From assembly GCA_951406725.2 (NCBI GenBank), contig OX597843.1, forward strand, positions 682,001-746,000: 64,000 nucleotides of DNA, in the 5' to 3' direction. Position 1 is the first letter of the stretch. The number at the start of each line of letters is the position of its first letter. Shown here piece after piece: positions 12,691-26,529 of this stretch. The DNA comes from Octopus vulgaris (lineage: Eukaryota). The notes beneath the pieces were generated by a model, which ran no database searches, was not told the origin of the DNA, and saw only the letters and a program-made list of their open reading frames with translations. The position numbers and the translations under genes are program-made.

Positions 12691-12867
12691 AACTTTCTCT
12701 CATCATCCTTGCAATTTTGGCTGATTAATCTTGAGATTGCTCCGATCTGGCCAGCTCCAAGGAAAATATAAGCGTTGTATTTAACCATGACATGCAAGCA
12801 AGACCCATAATACTAGAAATATCACCTGAAACATATGAAATTTAAAATGTGAGTAGTGAGTACTGAC

Positions 12868-12945
12868 CTCATCGATGTAAAATCCTGCTAAGGTCACTCC
12901 AAGTTTTCTATTAGGAAGGGTCAGCGTCCTCATTCGAGTATCCAT
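12868..12945 (-). CDS. M12B domain exon (MDTRMRTLTLPNRKLGVTLAGFYIDE)
   Basis: Acceptor gtttgttttcag|ATG, donor GAG|gtcagt. 78 nt, phase 0/0. MD.R....(I/V).L.G..I pattern. Confidence 0.9.
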
Positions 12946-13151
12946 CTGAAAACAAACATCCAGGAGTCAGCAATTATATAAAAAGAAGCATTTACGGTCA
13001 TGATGAATATATTAGATATATAAACACATGCGGCATATGTGTGTATGTATATATATATATATATATAAAATACAAACTGGGACAACATTTCGGCTTTCAA
13101 ACCTGGGTTCTCATTTCTAAGGTATTTTTCGATGTTATTATTATTATTGTT

Positions 13152-13234
<83 letters not shown>

Positions 13235-13404
13235 GTTATCATATCATTATTATTATTATTATTATTATTCAGATCATGGAGTTGAATTTAAGAGTGCATT
13301 ACTAACCCCAAGATTCCAAGTTCGATTCCAGGCAGTGACCTGAATAATGATGATGATGATAATAACAATAATAATAATAATAATAACAATAATAATAACA
13401 ATAG

Positions 13405-13684
13405 TAATGATTTTGAAGAGTGCGGAATAAATGATAATCAGACTGGGCAATGTCTGGTGAATATGGTTGGTGGGACATCGTTTTCCCATTCAATCTGCTC
13501 CAACCTTTGGAATGTCATCCTCGTTGTATGTGGCTGAGCATTATCCGAATGGAAGAACATCTTTCATCTTGAAACCAAAGATGGTTGTTTTTCTTCTAGC
13601 ACATGTGACGATGAATGGTTGTTATCGTTGTTGTCGTCATCACCACCAACACCATCATCATCATCATCATTAGATCCATCATCC

Positions 13685-13717
<33 letters not shown>

Positions 13718-13923
13718 TTTAACATTTGTTTCTTATGCGTGCATGGGTTGGATGTTTCGGTGGAATCCAATGGGTTGGAGGTTGCATTGATCTCTAGCAT
13801 CTGCTTTTGCATGGTTAAACTGCTGCAGCCTTTGGAATGTCATCCTCACTGTATGTGGCCAAGCATTATCCTGATGGAAGAACACCTTTCATCTTGAAAC
13901 CAAAGATGGTCGTTTTTCTTCTA
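13405..13923 (-). pseudogene. Mariner transposase relic, partly duplicated
   Basis: HQPYSPDIAQSDYHLFRTLQN in ORF 13302..13493. 95-bp duplicate at 13504-13598 and 13829-13923. Confidence 0.8.
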
Positions 13924-13988
13924 CACACACACACAAGAGCACACATATATATACAACAACAGCAGCAGCAGCCAAAAGGGATACTCAC

Positions 13989-14079
13989 TCTATCGACCAT
14001 CGCAGCATAAAACTCCTGCATTTCTGTAATGGTCTCTTGCTTCCGGTTACCATTCTTTGTGCGCCCTTTGTTAAACCAC
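13989..14079 (-). CDS. M12B domain exon ((M)WFNKGRTKNGNRKQETITEMQEFYAAMVDR)
   Basis: Acceptor cttttattctcctgcag|G TGG, donor AGA|gtgagt. 91 nt, phase 2/0, fits both neighbours. Amphipathic helix expected at this position of the domain. Confidence 0.9.
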
Positions 14080-15431
14080 CTGCAGGAGAATAAAAGGGAT
14101 CAATGAGAGGACATACAAGAAGCTAAGCATGATGGGATATCAAAATAAAAATCAAATGTCAAAGAAAAATTGCAAGAGCATCCCCTAAAAATCATTGAAT
14201 CTCTTCCCCAGAACACAACCCCATTGTACCCACTCCCTTTACAGTGCTCACTCATTACATGCCCCCACCTCTGGTTCCAATCCATTGTCCACTTCACTTT
14301 ACACACAAGTCTGTAACTTGGGTGTTTGTCCTGGTCCCCACCATTCACATCATCTCCATCTTTGTTGTTGTTCCTTCTCGAGCCATGCCATGGCTCATAA
14401 GGGCCGGTTTCCCGGTTTCTTGACGCATAGGTTCCCCACCTGGACGGGACGCCAGTCCATCGCAGGTGAGATGTAAGATGCAGGAGGAGTGAGAGAAAGT
14501 TGTGGCGAAAGAGTCAGCAGAAGTTCGTCATTACCTTCTGTCGGAGCTGCGTGGAGCTTAGGTGTTTCACTCATAAACACACACATCGTCCGGTCTGAGA
14601 TTTGAACCCACGATCCCTCGACTGTGAGTCCGCTGCTCTAACCACTAGCCGTTGTGCTTCCACAATCTCCATCTTTCTCATATTAATGATGGGATCTTTA
14701 TTTTTAGAATATATGGTAAGTATGAGATCAGGTCAGTTTGAACATAAAACAGGTGAGATATTTGGGCTGGATTTGGCCAGCTTAAATGCTGAAATGCTAA
14801 CTAAAGCAAAGTAAAGAAAACTAGGTAGAACATACACAATGCTTATGAGAGCAGAACTTAACATCAACAGGCAATCCCATACAACAAACCAGCTTCTTTA
14901 TGATAATATTCTAAGCGTTGCCTCCACTATAAAGGAAGAAAACTGAGATATTGTGGATGTTACTTTCATAGCAGTGTTTCAAATTCTGATGTGGGAACCA
15001 AGACACAAAAAGAGACCTAGAGGGTCTTCTTGCCTGGACATTTTTTGGCCAACTGGCTGAAGACTCTGGTCAGCTGAGAAGCAACCTCACCTCCCAAAAG
15101 TGATTCAGGTGAAGGAATTTCGGGGACAAGTGATTGATGGTGTTCATCTGTGAATGACAAGACAGACAGGTAGTAGACCGTACCAATGTGAAATGAAGAG
15201 TCTTGCTCAAGAACACAACACACTGCCCAGTTCGGGATTTGAAACTACGATCATGATATACGGCATAAGAGTGGCTGTGTGGTAAGTAGCTTGCTTACGA
15301 ACCACATGGTTCCGGGTTCAGTCCGACTGTGTGGCACCTTGGGCAAGTGTCTTCTACTATAGCCTCGGCCGACCAAAGCCTTGTGAGTGGATTTGGTAGA
15401 CGGAAACTGAAAGAAGCCCGTCGTATATATG

Positions 15432-15496
<65 letters not shown>

Positions 15497-16268
15497 ATGT
15501 TTGTGTGTCTGTGTTTGTCCCCCAACATCGGTTGACAACCGATGCTGGTGTGTTTACGTCCCCGTAACTTAGCGGTTCGGCAAAAGAGACCGACAGAATA
15601 AGTACTGGGCTTACAAAAGAATAAGTCCCGGGGTCGATTTGCTCGAATAAAGGCGGTGCTCCAGCATGGCCACAGTCACATATAACTGAAACAAGTAAAA
15701 GAGTAAAAGAGTACTCATTTACAGTGGACTAGGCTGCAGCAATGTGAAGTGAAGAGTCTTGCTCAAGGACACAACACAGGAATTGAACCTAGGCACCTAC
15801 TCTTCATACTTGATCATGTACTTTAATGAGTTTTTAATGCATAATTAGAAAATTCTCGTTTCATTAATTAAGCTGACAGTAATTTAGGTGTTGTTGTTGT
15901 TGTTGTTGTTTATTTTTTGCTATATTTTTTTTCATGGTTGTCATGTGGGGATTGTCTTGTCTTTAGACATTATTAGATTTTATCAGTGACAGGGTTGCCG
16001 CTGCTACTACTACTGCTGCTGCTGATGATGATGATGCTACTGATGATGGTGGTGATTGTTGTGATGATAATGATGGTGGTGGTGGTTGTGGTGGTTATGA
16101 TGATGATGATGATGAACATGATGATAGCAGTGGCAGTAGTGGTGATGATGGTGCTGCTGCAGACAATGATGGTGATGATGATGATGATGATAGTGATGAT
16201 GATGATGATGATGGTGATGATGACGATGATGATGATGATGATGATAGTGATGATGATGATGGTGATGA

Positions 16269-16300
<32 letters not shown>

Positions 16301-16789
16301 TTGATGATGATGATGACGACGATGATGACAATGATGATGATGATGATGGTGGTGGTGGTGATGATGATGATGAGGATGATGATGATTATGGTGGTGATGA
16401 TGAATATGATAATGATGATGATGATGATGATGATGATAATGATAATGATGATGATGATGATGATGATGGTGGTGATGGTGATGACGGCAACTGTGATTGT
16501 GATGAGGGTGTGGACTAAGAGTGGAGATGGCGGTGGTAGTGGTGGTGATGATTAATGATTGATGATAGCAATTATTATGAATGTGAGTGAAATAAAGATC
16601 ATGATGATGATGCGGGTGGTGGGGTAGGGATGGTATTGTTGGTGGTGATGATGGTGATGATGCTGATGATTGATGATTGATGACTGATGATAGCGATTAT
16701 AGCCAATGTGCGTGTGATACTGATCATACGATGAACGTAGTGATGTTGATGGGGCTGGTCGTGGTGATGAGGATGACGACCATGATGAT

Positions 16790-17990
16790 GATGTGAATGA
16801 ATACAATGATGTTGATGATGATGATGATGGGGAAGAGGAGGAGGAAGAAAAGGAGGAAGAGGGTGATGATAATGGTAGAGGTGATGATGATGATGAGGAG
16901 GAGGAGGAGGAGGAGGAGGGGAAAGAGGAGAAAAGGGGAAGAGGGTGATGATAATGGTAGTGGTGGTGATGATGATGATGGTGATGATGATGATGAGGAG
17001 GAGGAGGAGGAGGAGAAGGAGGAAGAAGAAAAGGAGGAAGAAGAAAAGGAGGAAGAGGGTGATGATAATGGTAGAGGTGATGATGATGATGAGGAGGAGG
17101 AGGAGGGGAACGAGGGGGAAAAGGGGAAGAGGATGATGATAATGGTAGTGGTGGTGATGATGATAGTGATGATGATGGGGAGGAGGAGGAGAAGGAGAAA
17201 GAAGAAAAGGAGGAAGATGGTGATGATAATGGTAGAGGTGATGATGATGATGATGATGATGAGGAGGAGGAGGAGGAGGAGGAGGAGGGGAACGAGGAGG
17301 AAAAGGGGAAGAGGATGATGATAATGGTAGTGGTGGTGATGATGATGATGGTGATGATGATGGGGAGGAGGAGGAGAAGGAGAAAGAAGAAAAGGAGGAA
17401 GATGGTGATGATAATGGTAGAGGTGATGATGATGATGATGATGAGGAGGAGGAGGAGGAGGGGAACGAGGAGGAAAAGGGGAAGAGGATGATGATAATGG
17501 TAGTGGTGGTGATGATGATGATGATGATAGTGATGATGATGGGGAGGAGGAGGAGAAGGAGAAAGAAGAAAAGGAGGAAGATGGTGATGATAATGGTAGA
17601 GGTGATGATGATGATGAGGAGGAGGAGGAGGAGGAGGAGGAGGGGAACGAGGAGGAAAAGGGGAAGAGGATGATGATAATGGTAATTGTGATGATGATGG
17701 AGATGATGGTGATGATGATGGGGAGGAGGAGGAGAAGGAGAAAGAAGAAAAGGAGGAAGATGGTGATGATAATGGTAGAGGTGATGATGATGATGATGAT
17801 GAGGAGGAGGAGGAGGAGGAGGGGAACGAGGAGGAAAAGGGGAAGAGGATGATGATAATGGTAATTGTGATGATGATGGAGATGATGGTGATGATGATGG
17901 GGAGGAGGAGGAGAAGGAGAAAGAAGAAAAGGAGGAAGATGGTGATGATAATGGTAATTGTGATGATGATGGAGATGATGATGCTGGAGT
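16790..17990. repeat. Higher-order (GAT/GAG/GGT) purine-rich minisatellite
   Basis: Recurrent aggggaacgaggaggaaaaggggaagaggatgatgataatggtag units with ~170-180 bp period. Confidence 0.9.
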
Positions 17991-18087
17991 TTGTGGTAAT
18001 GGTGTGAGAATGGTGACGGTGGTGGTGGTGAAGACGATGTTGGTGTTGATGGTGATAGTGGTGATGATGTTGATGTTGAAGATGGTA

Positions 18088-18118
<31 letters not shown>

Positions 18119-18725
18119 TAATGATGGTGAATGATAACAGCTTTTACTGCAACAATAGACACGAAACTGATTTTGTCAATTTAAAAAAGAAAAGCAAAAT
18201 ACAAAAAAATAAAATAAAATAACTGCAAACAAAATATACACAAAACATAATAAATTGGAAACAAATGAATTTAGGTGAGAATGGCTGAGAGGAGAGACAT
18301 GAGGGAGAGGTGGGGTGCAGGAAAATTATGAAATTATGAGTATGTTTTTATATATATATAGGCGCAGGAGTGGCTGTGTGGTAAGAAGCTTGCTTACCAA
18401 CCACATGGTTCCGGGTTCAGTCCCACTGCGTGGCATCTTGGGCAAGTGTCTTCTGCTATAGCCTCGGGCCGACCAAAGCCTTGTGAGTGGATTTGGTAGA
18501 CGGAAACTGAAAGAAGCCCGTTATATATATATGTATATATATATATGTGTGTGTGATTGTGTGTCTGTTTGTCCCCCTAGCATTGCTTGACAACCGATAC
18601 TGGTGTGTTTACGTCCCCGTAACTTAGCGGTTCGGCAAAAGAGACCGATAGAATAAGTACTGAGCTTACAAAGAATAAGTCCCGGGGTCGATTTGCTCAA
18701 CTAAAGGCAGTGCTCCAGCAAGTAA

Positions 18726-18756
<31 letters not shown>

Positions 18757-19656
18757 TATAGAAAGAGAGAGAGAGTTGATATAATTTAGCGGTTCGGCAA
18801 AAGAGACCGATAGAGTAAGTACTAGGCTTACAAAGAATAAGTCCTGGGGGGTCGATTTGCTTGACTAAAGGCGGTGCTCCAGCATGGCCACAGTCACATG
18901 ATTGAAACAAGTAAAAAAAAAAAAAAAAGGAAGTAAAGCACTGACTTTCCTTCCTCACATAACTTCCAGAAAAATGATTATTTTTAAATGAAATTTCCTA
19001 AAAATACACTTCAAATGATGTAGATTCTGGTTATATCACATGGAAGAGTTTTGATGTTTATAATGAAACTTTTTTTTGTTTGCCTTTGCTTTACAATAAA
19101 CTCTGTCGTGTTATCCTTTTCTTTATCGGAATTTTTCAAATTGTAAACATAATTTATGAACAGTCATTGTTTTTGAAAAGCATTAATTTAAAAGCATTAA
19201 TTAAAAGCATTACGTAAAATTATTATTTCGGAACATTGCTTAAACGGAAACACAATTTCATGACTTTGATTGTGTAAAGTTTATGACGTTTATAATAAAT
19301 AATACTACCACAAAAACAAGAAATCAAATCAAAAGCATGAGCTTGAAGCAGACATTTTTGCATGTGTTGTTTCACAAAGGGTTTTTAAACAAAGCCACAG
19401 AAAGATAAGAATTCCTTTAAACTTCCATTTCATATTTCAAAACAATAACTAGACAGGGAAATATTTAAAAAAAAAAAAAAAGAAAACCAAGCGTGGTTTG
19501 CCAACTGATGATCGGAAAAACGAGTAACTGTTACTATTGGAAAATCAGAATTTTCAGATATAATGTATTAAAAAAATACTCTTACATATGTATTGAGTTC
19601 TGCATTTTATTGCTTCTGGTGAATCAACAAACATTTATATATATACATATATATAC

Positions 19657-19709
<53 letters not shown>

Positions 19710-19710
19710 C

Positions 19711-19769
<59 letters not shown>

Positions 19770-19785
19770 GTATATATACATATAT

Positions 19786-19863
<78 letters not shown>

Positions 19864-19942
19864 TATATATATATATATGTATGTATGTATGTATATATAT
19901 GTATATATGTACATACATACATATATACATACATATATATAC

Positions 19943-19980
<38 letters not shown>

Positions 19981-19983
<3 letters not shown>

Positions 19984-20144
19984 CTTTATTTAAAGCAGCA
20001 GAAAATTCAACAAAACCTGTTACTCTGAGTTTCACGTTGCCGTTCGTCGGACATTTTTTTCTAGCAAAAACTGTCCAACGAATGGCAACGTGAAACTCAG
20101 AGTAACAGGTTTTGTTGAATTTTCTGCTGCTTTAAATAAAGCAT
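19981..20144. repeat. ~73-bp-arm inverted repeat (Penelope-like fold-back; element runs to ~20212)
   Basis: 19981-20053 versus 20072-20144 with about 3 mismatches. Embedded in (AT)n. Confidence 0.9.
20017..20053 (-). ncRNA. Minimal type-I hammerhead-like motif, U4C variant
   Basis: Minus strand: tgt CCGACGA acg-gcaa-cgt GAA ACTCAGAGT A acag. A decayed second copy lies on the plus strand at 20071-20108. Confidence 0.55.
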
Positions 20145-20209
20145 ATTACTCTACCACTGGTATTTGAGTACTCTTTTTCCACCTTGTTTCACATTTATGT
20201 GTTTACTCC

Positions 20210-20257
<48 letters not shown>

Positions 20258-21283
20258 TAAAAACGGTAAGATAACAAAAGAAAGAAAGAGACCTCAATAT
20301 TATGTAAATAGAGGAAATTTATCTGTAAAATAATATGTGACAATTATTCAATAGCCAAGATAAAACTCTGAGTTTTGGATGCCGAGGTGGAAATCCACAA
20401 CACCATCTATTCGGCATCCGAAACTCAGAGTTTTATCTTCGCTTTTGAATAATTGTCACATATTATTTCACAGATATATATATATATTATATATTCTTTT
20501 ATTCTTTTGACGGTTTCAGTCATTTTGACTGTGGCCATGCTGGAGCAGCGCCTTTAGTTGGACAAATTGACCCCAGGACTTATTCTTTGTAAGCCTAGTA
20601 CTTATTCTATCAGTCTCTTTTGCTGAGCCACTAGATTACAGAGACATAAACACACCAACTTTGGTTGTCAGGCAATCACGTGTGTGTGTGTGGGGATAAA
20701 TACAGACACAAAGATACACAGACACATAAGCGAACATCAACTTCTCTGTCTTTCGCAAGCCGATTTTTCACATGCGTTCTAACTAATGTTTCCACCATCT
20801 AGGCTTAAAAAAAGCCCTTATTGTTGGTTTCCTTGTCCTGTTATTCTTTATTTGTACTGTTTTTTCTTCATTTGTATTGCTTTTATGTCCTGTTCTTGTC
20901 ACTTATTTTAGCCCTCTGCAAAAGAATTTTATTTAATTCCTTTTGCAGGAAGGATTGTTTGGCCGGGTCGTGTTCTGCCCTTACCTTCGAAACACGCATT
21001 GAGTCGAACAAGGGGCAGCTGATGAAGGGGAATATTCCTTGTATTGTTTGTCCTGTACTCTGTTTTTTCATTGTTAAAAAAAAGTCCCTTTCCTTGTTTG
21101 ATTTTATGTTTTCGTTTCTCGTTGTGTTCTACGTTTATTTGTGGTGTCCTGTACTCATATATGCATGTATATATACATATAGATGTAAGTATGTACATAT
21201 ATGTATGTATATATGCATATGTTTTATTTATTATATTGTTATTATATGACCGAATGCACGCGTTGTTTTCTCTTCTCCAAGTA

Positions 21284-21327
<44 letters not shown>

Positions 21328-22083
21328 AAACAAGCTTCTTTCAGTTTCCCTCTACCAAATTTACTAATAAGGCTTTGGTCAGTCTGTAGCTATAGTAGAA
21401 GACACTTGCCCAAGGTGCCATGCAGTGGGACTGAACCCAGAACCAAATGGTTGGGAAGCAAGCTTCTTATCACACCTAGACGACATATGACTGTTTGACA
21501 ATTTCTTACCGACCAACCATACAGATGGTTCGTTTATAGGGATCAAATTTTTGTGTACACATAAGCTTGCTCCTTCCATCAGATCGACATTACCTGTACA
21601 GGTGCAAACTGGGTGCCACATGTCAGATATTGAAATGATCGCAGAGCAAGGTGAAATGAAATGCTTTGATCGTCTGGGAATCAAACCCACAGTCTCACAA
21701 TCGTGAATGCAACACCCTAACCACTAAATCATGTTTTTTCACATACATATATATATACACAACATCATCATCATCATCATCATCATTTAACGTCCGTTAT
21801 CCATGCTAGCATGGGTTGGACGGTTCGACCAGGGATCTAGGAAGCCAGAAGGCTGCACCAGGCTCCAGTCTGATCTGGCAGTGTTTCTACGGCTGGATGC
21901 CCTTCCTAACACCAACCACTCCGTGAGTGTAGTGGGTGCTTTCTATGTGCCACTGGCACAGGTGCCAGGCGAGGCTGGCAACGGCCACGTTCGGATGGTG
22001 CTTTTTATGTGCCACCAGCATGGAAGCCAGTCAAGGCGGCGCTGGCATCGGCCACGTTCGGATGGTGCTTTTTATGTGCCACC

Positions 22084-22119
<36 letters not shown>

Positions 22120-22220
22120 CAGGGTGAATACTTGATAATTGTAAGCACCTGTATATGCCATTTAGTGGTGTAGGTGATAGAGTATATTTATCAAAATAAA
22201 AACATGATGCAAAGGATTTA

Positions 22221-22320
22221 GCGGTACATATGTTTCTGGCTTTTATTACACGGTTTATATCAATGCATAATTGATGTAATTTGTATGTCAGCCGCGTACA
22301 ATTACTTCTTCTTCAGCCGC
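22221..22320 (-). ncRNA. Degenerate type-I hammerhead-like motif
   Basis: Minus strand: gcgg CTGAAGA ... GAA ACATATGT A ccgc. Stems I and III are intact. Stem II is disrupted by a 17-nt duplication (cagccgcgtacaattac twice). Confidence 0.5.
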
Positions 22321-22452
22321 GTACAATTACTACTTCAAGGACATGTATTACATTACAAGTTTTACGTTGGGGATGCAAATCCTCTTAGTCGTGTACAGCA
22401 GAGCGAGGCACCAAAACAAAATCAAAGCGTCCATCCCGTTTTTCCCTCGATA

Positions 22453-22513
<61 letters not shown>

Positions 22514-23029
22514 TCAGACAGATATACACACATATATATATATATGTGTGTGAAGGTGCAATGGCCTAGTGGTTAGGGCAGCAGACTTGCGGTCGCAGGA
22601 TTGCGGTTTCGATTCCCAGACCGGGCGTTGTGAGTGTTTGAGCGAAAACACCTAAAAGCTCCACGAGGCTCTGGCAGGGGGTGGTGATCCCTGCTGTACT
22701 CTTTCACCACTCTTTCTCCCACTCTTTCTTCTGCTGGCCTGCTCGATTAGCCAGCAGGGTGGCGTCGTTCGAAGGCTAAAACAATGCGAACGCATTGTGA
22801 CCAGCGATGTGTAACAACATCTGATAGCCTGGTCGGTCACGTGATCAGGTGATATATATATGTATGTATCAATGATTTTATGATTAGTTGTAATAAAAGC
22901 AATTCTGCATTAATCTGTTGGGTTACACTATAATATTGCAGAGTACAAATTTGCTATTCTTAAGCAAAAATGTTGTTGACAGTGACATCGAAGTTCCGGC
23001 TTGCTAAGCTGTAATGGTATAGTATTGTT

Positions 23030-23056
23030 GCTGGTGGTGGTGGTGGTAGTGGTTTG

Positions 23057-23098
<42 letters not shown>

Positions 23099-23158
23099 AT
23101 GGTGGTGGTGGTGGTAGTAGTAATAGTAGTGGTGGTGGTGGTAGTAGTAGTAGTGGTG

Positions 23159-23208
<50 letters not shown>

Positions 23209-24640
23209 GGTGGTAGTGGTGGTAGTAGAAGTAGTAGTAGTGGTGGTGGTGGTGGTAGTGGTGGTAGTAGTAGTAGTGGTGGTAGTAGTGGTGGTGGTGG
23301 TGGTGATGGTAGAAGTTGTGGCGCTAGCAGTGGTGGTGGTGGTGGTGGTGGTGATTTAAAAATGGCCATCTTAATAATCATCTCTGATTCTTATGCTAAT
23401 TAATCAGCTGTTGTTGTTGTTCCTGTTGTTGATGTCTGTGGTCTGATCAAAATCTAATCAATTAGCAAAATAATTAGCGAAAGAATCAGTGTGTTGGGGT
23501 GGGGGCGGGGGCAGGAGGACAGAGATAGTGGTGTGGGTGGTGGTTGCTATTGTTCATGGTGATGGTGATGCTAGTGATGATGGTGGTGGTAGAGGTCTTG
23601 GTGGTGGTGGTAATGGTGGTGTTGGTGGTGGTAGTGGTAGTGGTAATGGAGGTGGTGGTGTTGGTGGCGGTAATGGAGGTGGTGGTGTTGGTGGCGTTGG
23701 TGGCGGTAATGGAGGTGGTGGTGTTGGTGGCAGTAATGGTGGTGGTGGTGTTGGTGGTGGTAATGGTTGTGGTGGTGAGGGTAGTGGTGATGGTGGTGGT
23801 AGAGGTGTTGGTGGTGGTGGTGGTGGTAATGGTAGTGATGGTGATGCTAGTGATGATGATGGTGGTGGTGGTGGTGGTGGCAATGGAGGTGGTGGTAATG
23901 GTGGTGATGGTGGTGGTGGTGGTGGTGATGGCAGTGGTGATAGTGGCAGTGATAGCGGTCATGGGTGGTTGCAGTGGTGCTGGTTATGGGAGATCGATAT
24001 CGCTGGTGGTGGCGTTGGTGGCAGTGGCATTTGCCATGGTGGTGGTGGTGCTGATGTTGATGTTGGTATTGGTGTTAGTTGTAGTGGTATTTGCGGTTGT
24101 AGTGTTGGTTACAGTAGTGCTGGTGGCTGTTTATGATAGCTGTGTAGGAATCAGTGGTGGTGGTGGTGGTGGTAGTAGTGGTGGTGGTGGTGGTGGTGGT
24201 GTTGGTGGTGGTGGTGGTGGTGGTGGTGTTGGTGTTGGTGGTGGTGTTGGTGTTGGTGGTGGTGGTGGTGGTGGTGGTGGGTGGTGGTGGTGGTGGTGGT
24301 GGTGGTGGTGGTGGTGGTGGTGGTGGTGGTGGTGGTGGTGGTGGTGGTGGTGGTGTTGGTGTTGGTGTTGGTGGTGGTGTTGGTGGTGGTGTTGGTGGTG
24401 GTGTTGGTGGTGGTGGTGGTGGTGGTGGTGGTGGTGGTGGTGGTGGTGGTGTTGGTGGTGGTGTTGGTGGTGATGGTGGTGGTAGTGGTGGTGGTGGTGG
24501 TGTTGGTGGTGGTGGTGGTGGTGGTGGTGGTGGTGGTGGTAGTGGTGTTGGTGGTGGTGGTGGTGTTGGTGGTGGTGGTGGTGGTGGTGGTGGTGGTGGT
24601 GGTGGTGGTGGTGGTGGTGGTGGTGGTGGTGGTGGTGGTG
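23030..24640. repeat. Compound (GGT/AGT)n microsatellite field
   Basis: Direct inspection. Source of the poly-V/G/W/P pseudo-ORFs. Confidence 0.95.
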
Positions 24641-26088
24641 GTATTAGTATTGTTGCTGCTGCTACTGCTGCTGGGTTTCTTGTTGTTGTTGCTCTTCCTG
24701 TTGCAATTGTTCCAGTCAATGTTGTTGTTGCTATTGTTGTGCTTGTTATTCTTATTGTTGTCCCTCCGTTGTTACAATACAATCTCACAGTTTAAGCAAA
24801 TATTTTCTGTGAAGAGAGTTACTATTATTTCTTTTTTTTTTTTTACATTTAACACACGCTGGACGCACAGACAGACATACATACAAATTCAAATACAATG
24901 TAACACACACACACACACACACACAAGCACACACGCACACACACACACACAAGCACACACGCACACACACACACACACATACGATACGTACACACATGGT
25001 CATATGCACAGATTCCTACACACACACACAGAGGCATGCATGATACACATACACACATATACATAGACACATACACACATAGATACACACACAGTTCATG
25101 CACATACACATGTGTACATATGCACAGATTCCTACACACACATGCACACACACATGCATGCATGATACACATACACACATATACACAAAACACATAGACA
25201 CATACACACAGATACACACACACATACACAGTTCATGCACATACACATGTGTACATATGCACAGATTCCTACACACACACACACACACACACACAAAGCA
25301 TGCATGATACACAAACACACATATACAAAGATACACACACACATACACATGTGATACACATACACAGTTCATGCACACACACATGTGTACATAAGCACAG
25401 ATTCCTATACACACACACACACATGCAAACAGTGACGCACACACATAATGTGACATACACATACACTTGTAAGGACTAAGGACATATATACACACACACA
25501 AACACATATACTGTAGTGTCACACACTCACACATATAGCAACATACATACACATTCGTATATACGACATGTACACACACAAACATAGAGTTATACTCACA
25601 TATACACATATACACAGACAGACAAACAACATATACAGCACACACACATATATACACACATATATATTATTACAAACACACACATGCATGCACACACACA
25701 CATACTCACATAATGCACACACACATTGCATACATATACCAATACAAAAGCACAAATTCTCTTACACACACATACACATACAAACACAGACAACACACAC
25801 ACACACACACGCAAAATGCGCAGATGCAAACACACACATACAAACATAGATGTGCACAGATGCACACATACACACATACAAAAACAGATTTACACATACA
25901 TACATGCACAATGCACAAATGCACACACACACACACACACACACAAACACAGATACATGCACAATGCGCAGACACATACATATGCGCACACAATCTATAG
26001 GCACACGCATAAACTCAAAGATTAATATGAGCACACAAAATCTCTAACATACACATATATATACATACACATAACACACACATACACT

Positions 26089-26128
<40 letters not shown>

Positions 26129-26134
26129 TTATAC

Positions 26135-26182
<48 letters not shown>

Positions 26183-26330
26183 ATATATATATATATGTAT
26201 GTATGTATATATATATATATATATTTATACATACATATATATATATATGTATGTATGTTTATATATATATACACATATATATATATATGTATGTATTATA
26301 TATATATATATATATATATATTATACATAC

Positions 26331-26427
<97 letters not shown>

Positions 26428-26470
26428 TATATTTATATATATATTTATTCATATATATATATATATATAT

Positions 26471-26529
<59 letters not shown>

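Noticed and set aside
12720-12825. Minus-strand acceptor followed by GDISSIMGLAC, resembling the reprolysin GLA motif
   Set aside because: Wrong order in the domain, no good donor, and it runs into a stop. The real segment is encoded at 2021-1984 and 921-816.
16552-18162. Longest ORF (536 aa) and other long poly-H/S/I/V/G/M/D and YI/CV ORFs
   Set aside because: Stop-free frames of tri- and dinucleotide repeats, with no domain content or splice support.
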